DNA of 64,000 nucleotides from Bythopirellula sp. (lineage in GTDB: Bacteria > Planctomycetota > Planctomycetia > Pirellulales > Lacipirellulaceae): NCBI GenBank assembly GCA_965216565.1, contig OZ244170.1, positions 640,001 through 704,000 on the forward strand, given 5' to 3'. A program made the translations under genes and the position numbers. The notes below the pieces were generated by a model. It made no database searches. It had not been told where the DNA came from and saw only the letters and a program-made list of their open reading frames with translations. Of this stretch, positions 56,070 to 64,000 are shown piece by piece (position 1 is the first letter of the stretch; each line of letters opens with the position of its first letter).

Positions 56070-58006
56070 TATTGGGTGTCCTGACTCACTGGAGTAACCT
56101 CTGCTCGGCCCACGCCTCTTTCCATGAGAGACTGGAGCTGATCAAGATATAGACTGTAAACATCTCGCGGTGTGCAGCTATGTTTTTTGCAGATAGAGGC
56201 TGCCATTCCGACCACTTCACCCATCATTCCGCAAGTTCGCATCACTCGCACTGCACCAAGTCCGCTTTGAGTGACGCTGATGTCTCGTCCTGCCATGAAC
56301 AAATTGTCGATGTTTCGACTGTAGAGACATCGGTAAGGCGCCCAATAAGGACCCTCGTAACGATACTCCTTGCCACGAGTGAAGGTAGAGAAAAAAGCGT
56401 CTTTGTCGTCTTGCTCGAAATAGTCTGGATGCGGAGCATGAATATCGATATGCCAAGTGCATGGGAACGCAGCATCTTCAAACACGGTCCCATTGCGAAA
56501 GTCATCTGCGGTTAGCACCACATCGCCCATCAAACGACGCGATTCTCGCTTGCCCGCAATAAAGGCTGCCCACTTCAGGCGGTGATTGGGAAACCGGCCG
56601 TCGACGTTCTTGAGTGTGTCCCACGCGCCATACATTGCTCGCAGGTTGAGGTCTCTAATTCTCTCTCCGTCAATAAACGGATCATCATTGAATCCCGACT
56701 CCCAAAACCAGGTCCCCAACTGTTTGTTTCCAGTTAGATTGAAAGTCTTCTGCCGGTGTCGTCCCGGGAAATCGACGTCGCTCAAGTCGACTGCCCACGG
56801 GCAACGAGGAAAAGGTTGAGGCTTGGCGGCAGGAGTGAAGTTGAGCGATAAGGTATCCTCAAAGTCTTCGCACAGACATTTTAGCTCGTGCTCTGTCTCT
56901 TCGGTTTCACCGAAGTCCCAAAGATTGGTGCTGCCCATGCGGCCCTTTTCAGCCAGTTCAAAGTCTGCACCAACAAGAGCGCCAAGTACGCCATCACCAG
57001 TAGAATCGAGAAACCAACGTCCCCGGATGCGTGTCCTGCGACCCGTGCGAATGTGTTGGGCCACTACCGAGATTATCTTTCCATCGGATTGCTCGGCTTG
57101 ATTAACGCGCTGCTCTAACAGCAGCGTTAGATTCGGCTCTGCTTGAGCCAGCTCAAGCTTGCGAAGATCGTCAAATGTCTTGTGTCCCTTCGGGTCCGGA
57201 TGGTCTTTCAATTTGCTGTAAGGAGCGATTTCGTTGACGACATCTCCCACCCGCGGATAGGGTTCATGGTTGGTAAAACCCTCGGGCCAGACTCTCACTT
57301 CGCTGCTGCCGTTGCCTCCCAGGACTGGGCGGTCTTGGATTAGCGCCACGTTCAAGCCTAATCGGGCTGCGGTAATGGCGGCACTCGTTCCTGCGATGCC
57401 TCCGCCCACTACGACTAGGTCGTACTTGCCGCCGTCACGTGACTCACTGTCCCAACCAAGGAATTTGCTCCGCAATGCCTTTAGTTCTTCGTCACTTTCA
57501 GGGGGGAGAAAGTCTTTCGCTTTGGAAAATAGAATGGCGTCGCAACGACCTTCAAATCCGGTGAGATCGTGAATTGCTAGTGTGGCTTTCTCACCAAGCT
57601 GCACCACACCTCCTTCCTGCCAGTGCCACTTAGCGCCTTCGGTGCCGAATATCTGTTCCAAAGGAACATCGTCAATAAGAAGTTGAAATCGCCCAGGTGC
57701 TCCAGATGCATCCCATGGTGCCACCCAATCTCGCGTCCGTACCCATACTCGGTATTCTCCAGGCGAGGGCACAGAGACTACAGTCCTGCCATCGGGCACA
57801 GGAACCCCCAGGCCGTGAGCAAGAACGAAAGGAGAGCCCATCTGATCCATGAACTGTTGATCGACGACCCAGCCTCCTAGGTCAGCAAATGATTCTGCTT
57901 CGACCAATATATGTTCGAGGGTCTCGTCAGCGTACGCACCTGCCGCACTTAGAAGGGCAATGCCAACAGATAGTTTCTTCAAAATGCTAGTAGCTACTGT
58001 GTACAT
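56069..58006 (-). CDS. Secreted FAD-dependent oxidoreductase with an N-terminal beta-sandwich domain
   Basis: Signal peptide; YDLVVVGGGIAG..AARLG; QDRPVLGGN.SSE; DSTGDG; GKRESRRL.GD; PYRCLYSRNIDNLFMAGR.IS; RVMRTCGMMG. Confidence 0.85.
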   Translation of the reverse strand: MYTVATSILKKLSVGIALLSAAGAYADETLEHILVEAESFADLGGWVVDQQFMDQMGSPFVLAHGLGVPVPDGRTVVSVPSPGEYRVWVRTRDWVAPWDASGAPGRFQLLIDDVPLEQIFGTEGAKWHWQEGGVVQLGEKATLAIHDLTGFEGRCDAILFSKAKDFLPPESDEELKALRSKFLGWDSESRDGGKYDLVVVGGGIAGTSAAITAARLGLNVALIQDRPVLGGNGSSEVRVWPEGFTNHEPYPRVGDVVNEIAPYSKLKDHPDPKGHKTFDDLRKLELAQAEPNLTLLLEQRVNQAEQSDGKIISVVAQHIRTGRRTRIRGRWFLDSTGDGVLGALVGADFELAEKGRMGSTNLWDFGETEETEHELKCLCEDFEDTLSLNFTPAAKPQPFPRCPWAVDLSDVDFPGRHRQKTFNLTGNKQLGTWFWESGFNDDPFIDGERIRDLNLRAMYGAWDTLKNVDGRFPNHRLKWAAFIAGKRESRRLMGDVVLTADDFRNGTVFEDAAFPCTWHIDIHAPHPDYFEQDDKDAFFSTFTRGKEYRYEGPYWAPYRCLYSRNIDNLFMAGRDISVTQSGLGAVRVMRTCGMMGEVVGMAASICKKHSCTPRDVYSLYLDQLQSLMERGVGRAEVTPVSQDTQ

Positions 58007-58020
58007 AGATCGAAGGTGGG

Positions 58021-59917
58021 CTATTCGAATTGCCCCGCGCTAAAACTCTTGTTGATGGTGTTTATTTGAAGACTCTCTGTCTCTCCATTCGTCCATCTTA
58101 CAATCGCGCTATCGATGGTCTCACAATTACCGAGGCCCACATGGAGGTGGTTGTTTGCGCTATGGGAGTACGCTGCTGAGCTGGCTCCCACGGTACGTCG
58201 ATAGATTTTGCCGTCGGCTTCGAGTGTTAACATAGCTCCCTGCATCGGAGCCTCATTGGACGGTGATTTGCCAACTCTTATGACAACGTAGTTGGAACCC
58301 TCTGAGAAAGAACTCTGGTTCGTGAATAGATGCCAACGTCCTCGTTCGTTGCAGTAAATTAGGTCTAGATCTCCGTCACCATCGTAATCGAATGCCTCTG
58401 CACCTCCTCCAGTTGAACCAAGTTCTTGTGAGACGATGCCATGCTGCTGAGTACGTTGAAAGTACTTGCCATTCTGGTTGAGATACAGGATTTGTTGGTT
58501 CTGCGATGCGGGATTTCCTTGACGTACAACAAATAAGTCCGACCAACCATTGTTATCGAAGTCTCCTGCAACGGCGCTAGTGGTTTGCTCTGCTATGGAA
58601 ATACCCAATCGGGATGTAACGTCGACAAAAAATCCATCACGATTTTCCCACAACTGGGCAGGCAACTGCTTGGGTTGGGTCACTTGTGGATGGGACTTCA
58701 CGTTGTGGATGACGCCCGCGGTGGGAGACTTTGTATCGACCTTGATTCGCCAGAGGTCATTTCCTAGGTATCCGATGTAGAGCCCTTTGTCGCTCAGATC
58801 AGATGGCCAACCTTCTGACTCCTCGGGCTTAAGGGTGAAATCCTTGTGTCCATGACGGTCGACGGCGAATTCTAGTTTTCTTTTGTTAGCCCCGACAAAT
58901 ACATCGAAGTGGGGAAAGGCCATTTGAAGGTTCTCGAATATGAAGTCGCCCTCAATTTCCAAATCTTCGAAGAGAAACTCTTTGAACCGCATAAAAAAGG
59001 CAAACCGCGAATGTTCTTTGTCGTAGTGGGTCTTTCTTTCAAACGGATGATCTGCGCGAGTTAGAAACAGATCGTAATCACCATCGTTGTCGTAGTCGAT
59101 TTCCGCAATGCTACTAACAAAGCTGGTATTTTCGAGATTCGGTAACACCTCGGCAGTGGCGTCAGAGTAGGCGAGCCCCGTCTCTCCTCGGACGGCGACC
59201 ATGTTGTCTCCACCGTAGAAGATCAGATCAGAATCGTCGTCATTATTGAAATCTGTAACCAGCGTCCTAAAGCCCATCCACTTCGCCACAGGAAGCTTGG
59301 TAACAAACTCGAATTCTCCCGGTCCGGTGTTCTTGAATAGGTCGTTCGCTCCTTGAGTTTGTGTCTTGAGCGGAAAAGCGGAGAGGACAAGATCGAGAGT
59401 GCCATTGTTATCGCCGTCAATAAACTTAACTGCCCTGCCGCGCGAACGCTCGAAATGGGCGAACTCTTCGCCCCCCTCGATCGTACGATCACGGTTAACT
59501 TGAAATGTTACAGGATTGCGGGGGTTCTTGCCGTCACCGCCACCACGAGAAACGATCAGATCGATGCGGCCATCCTGGTCGTAGTCGCCTGCAGCTACTC
59601 CGTGCGTATCGCCCTGAACGACATCTACCGGCTGGGAGAATGTGCCGTTGTCGTTCCAATACAAACGAGCGCGATAGGAGTGATCTGTAAGTAGAAGGTC
59701 TAAGAGTCCGTCTTGATCCAGATCGGCAACTAGCGGATGATCCCACTTACGCCTTGAGCGATCTTCCAGCGGTATGACTCCCTCCACTTCGCGAAAAGTG
59801 ACCGAGGAATCAATCAATGACGAATCAGCACTATCAACCGCCGCTAGGGGTCCAGCAGATAGAATTACGATGGTGCCAAAGGCAATCGCAGATACAATTC
59901 GTCCGCTGGCGAACTTA

Positions 59918-59943
<26 letters not shown>
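58021..59943 (-). CDS. Secreted FG-GAP/VCBS repeat protein with ASPIC/UnbV C-terminus (CRTAC1-like), paralog 2
   Basis: Same seven Dx[DN]xDG repeats and HVGLG..WTNG terminus; collinear with paralog 1. Confidence 0.85.
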
Positions 59944-61534
<1,591 letters not shown>

Positions 61535-61570
61535 AATCTCATCAGCTTCATTGTTCAGTTGTGAAAATTC

Positions 61571-63553
61571 TTACCACACGATGGGGACAAACACTGTCAT
61601 CTCGGCGAGTCCCCGATTACTCCATGCAAAGTAAGGGACCAGTTCTGTTTTGTATTTTTCCCACTCCGGCTTACTTACGGTGTGGTACATCCCCTTCGCC
61701 TGATCTCGACGCAGCAATAATTCTCCACGAATCGTGGAGACGCCTCCTAGGAAATCGGGGCGATGATTCACTTCCAACTCTGCATCTCCAGATAAATAGA
61801 CATCCAAGATCGAAGTGTCTTCAGGCAAATCGGGCGATTCCACACAATAGACAATTGGCCCGCGCTTGATAGCGACCTGATTGCGCACCTCTTCGATACG
61901 GGGATGGCCTTCGACGAGGTGGATACTCATTGGCATTACGATAGTGATCTCATCGCCCGGTTGCCAAGTTCGCTCTAACCTTGCAAAAGTTCCCGGAACA
62001 ACCTCTGTAATAAGATCCTGGCCGTTGACCTGAATTCGAGTTTCCTCAGCCCAAGCGGGAATACGCAGTAAGATTTCGAAGGGTGAGTCTTTGCATTCGT
62101 CAATTGTAAGTTTGACCTCGCCATCCCAAGGATAGTCGGTCTCTTGTTTCAATTTGAGTGCGGAGCCATCCAAAAGAGTCGTGTCTAGTTGATTTCCACC
62201 ATACAAGTTCACCGCTACGCCGTTGTCCGTGAGGCTGTATGCCCAGCCAGAGACCTTGGCGATGGTTCTAGCCAGATTGGGAGGACAGCAAAAACATTCG
62301 ATATAAGGTTCTCGGTCAGCCGACTCGGTGCAGTCGCAATGGTCGCTGTATTCTCGCTGCCCGTAATTCATGCGTAGCGGGTTGGCATAGAAGTATTTTT
62401 TGCCGTCCACGCTAATGCCTACCAAGGCACTGTTGTAGAGCACAAGTTCCATCATGTCGGCATACTTGGCATCGCCCTTGATACTTAGCATTCGCCAATT
62501 GAACATCGCACCGGCAATGTTGGCGCACGTTTCGTTGTACGAAGTTGAGTTGGGCATCAGGTAATCATCAACAAAACCTTCGTGCACCATATTTTGATCG
62601 TCGTAGGCTCCGTGATGCAGCTGCCCGAAGGCCCCGGTTAGATACATCTTTTTTTCGAAAGCGCTAGCCCAAATTCTGTCCAGCGATTCAGCCAATGCCT
62701 GCTCGCCCGTTTCGGCATAGACGTCAGCCGCCCCGCAATACAGATAGAAACCCGTCACTGCATGACCAACAGCCTCGGTCTCTTCGCGCAATGGAGTTTT
62801 ATTCTGGCACTGCGCCCCAGTGAACCAATAAGGAACACTCGGGTGCAATTCGACCGGTGCTGAACCTCGCATGTCGACAAATACCTCGGCAAGCTCTAAG
62901 TATTTCTCGTCTTTCGTCGTTCGGTACAACTCCACTAACGACATAATCTGCGACGGATTGAAGCCAAAACGTGCCAGCTCTTCAGGCTTTGGTTGAAAAA
63001 CTGAGTACAGATAGTCGGCATGCTTGATGGCGATATCCAGCCAATTAGTTTTGCCCGTGATGCGATGATGAATACATCCGCCAGTAATCAAGTGGCCACT
63101 ATTATAGAGTTCGTGATTTGTGACCTGCGACCAGCGCTCAAGTCCGTTGATTTGAGCATGCGTATGCAGGTAGCCATCGTCTTGCTGGGCCTGTGCGATG
63201 ACCTTGAGAATCTCGTCCAATTCGGCGACGATCTTTTGATCGTTGTTCAAGGCGTAGACGTATAGGTAGGCTTCCATCCATTTGTAGAAGTCCCCATCGT
63301 GCCAGAGCATTCCCTTGGCTTCGCCTTCCTGGAGACCAGCTGCAATCTTAAAATTGTTGTAAGCGTGTCCTACATCGCCTTTGAGAAGAGTCCCCATATG
63401 GGGCACGATCACTTCCTCGGAGAGCCTCTGTTTGTCGGCCCAAAAGCCATCGGTCCAATTGCAATCACCAAAATTGATGCTTCGGAGGCGAACATGCGGA
63501 CTCTCTGAGTTGCGCGTGATTGCACGATCATGAACAACTTGTGTTTCAGTCAT
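61571..63553 (-). CDS. Glycoside hydrolase family 127 (DUF1680), no signal peptide
   Basis: D.D.YKW.EA, HELY..GH, VGHAV, YNETCA, CFCCPPN (Zn/Cys centre), YPWDG, RIPAW, RGPIVYC.E, PYFAWSNRG. GAGGAG RBS before ATG 63553. Confidence 0.93.
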   Translation of the reverse strand: MTETQVVHDRAITRNSESPHVRLRSINFGDCNWTDGFWADKQRLSEEVIVPHMGTLLKGDVGHAYNNFKIAAGLQEGEAKGMLWHDGDFYKWMEAYLYVYALNNDQKIVAELDEILKVIAQAQQDDGYLHTHAQINGLERWSQVTNHELYNSGHLITGGCIHHRITGKTNWLDIAIKHADYLYSVFQPKPEELARFGFNPSQIMSLVELYRTTKDEKYLELAEVFVDMRGSAPVELHPSVPYWFTGAQCQNKTPLREETEAVGHAVTGFYLYCGAADVYAETGEQALAESLDRIWASAFEKKMYLTGAFGQLHHGAYDDQNMVHEGFVDDYLMPNSTSYNETCANIAGAMFNWRMLSIKGDAKYADMMELVLYNSALVGISVDGKKYFYANPLRMNYGQREYSDHCDCTESADREPYIECFCCPPNLARTIAKVSGWAYSLTDNGVAVNLYGGNQLDTTLLDGSALKLKQETDYPWDGEVKLTIDECKDSPFEILLRIPAWAEETRIQVNGQDLITEVVPGTFARLERTWQPGDEITIVMPMSIHLVEGHPRIEEVRNQVAIKRGPIVYCVESPDLPEDTSILDVYLSGDAELEVNHRPDFLGGVSTIRGELLLRRDQAKGMYHTVSKPEWEKYKTELVPYFAWSNRGLAEMTVFVPIVW

Positions 63554-63600
63554 GAGCCAGTTGCTCCTCGATTGCAATGTGAATTGGTAAAGACATCTTA

Positions 63601-63999
63601 TCAGTCTCGAGCTGATGATAGTGCGATCTGAATTTCTTCAATACTCATGTTCTTTGTCTCGACCAAAGTTAGCGCTAGGATGATCAGCCCTACAGCAACT
63701 GTCCCTGCGTAAAACAGGAAAATTGAAGTCATGCCCATGTTCTCCAATTGCCAGGGGAAAAAGAACTGTACTAACCAACTCGTTAAGCTCGTGACGATTG
63801 CAAAAAAAGGAATTGCCGTCCCACGCACTGAGACTGGGAAAAGTTCTGAAAATAAGACCCACATCACGGGGCCGACCGAGAAATGAAAAGCTGCGATGAA
63901 GCTAAGAATGCCTAGCAGTACAAGTTTGGCGTTGATGTTGATCGCTGCCTCTAAGAGCTTACTGAAATGCTTCGAGGTGTTTTCTTCACCAATTTCTTT
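63601..63999 (-). CDS. Sugar porter family MFS transporter, C-terminal part (cut by the window edge)
   Basis: Frame is open to the edge: ..LVLLGILSFIAAFHFSVGPVMWVLFSELFP..RG..ETKNMSIEEI. Confidence 0.88.
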   Translation of the reverse strand, partial: KEIGEENTSKHFSKLLEAAININAKLVLLGILSFIAAFHFSVGPVMWVLFSELFPVSVRGTAIPFFAIVTSLTSWLVQFFFPWQLENMGMTSIFLFYAGTVAVGLIILALTLVETKNMSIEEIQIALSSARD

Positions 64000-64000
64000 G

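Overview
This is a gene-dense bacterial chromosomal window. It is most likely from a marine planctomycete, inferred from DUF1598, DUF11, PEP-CTERM, QW-repeat, MoxR-VWA and sulfatase genes. Bases 1-43.7 kb are mostly housekeeping or lineage-typical genes: an RpoD-like sigma factor, rpmG (missed by the ORF track), recJ, ilvE, lysS-lolC/E-lolD, rpiB, a TsaC/protein-phosphatase fusion, an atypical Ser/Thr kinase, a MoxR-VWA operon, and an HxlR-controlled QueG/RdhA-like Fe-S protein fused to SCP2. Bases 43.7-49.6 kb hold a complete selenocysteine locus: selB-selA divergent from an oxidoreductase-fused selD and a UCA-anticodon selC tRNA with a bulged D-arm. I found no selenoprotein gene in the window. 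From just after selC to the window end is a co-oriented minus-strand catabolic cluster: sugar porter, GH127, two S1 sulfatases, two paralogous FG-GAP/ASPIC-UnbV beta-propeller proteins flanking a secreted FAD oxidoreductase, dgoD and dgoT. It resembles a carrageenan/red-algal galactan utilisation locus, and its uncharacterised three-gene core is the best candidate for a new system. No CRISPR array, rRNA, transposase or integrase was seen. All calls come from reading motifs by eye; no database searches were run.
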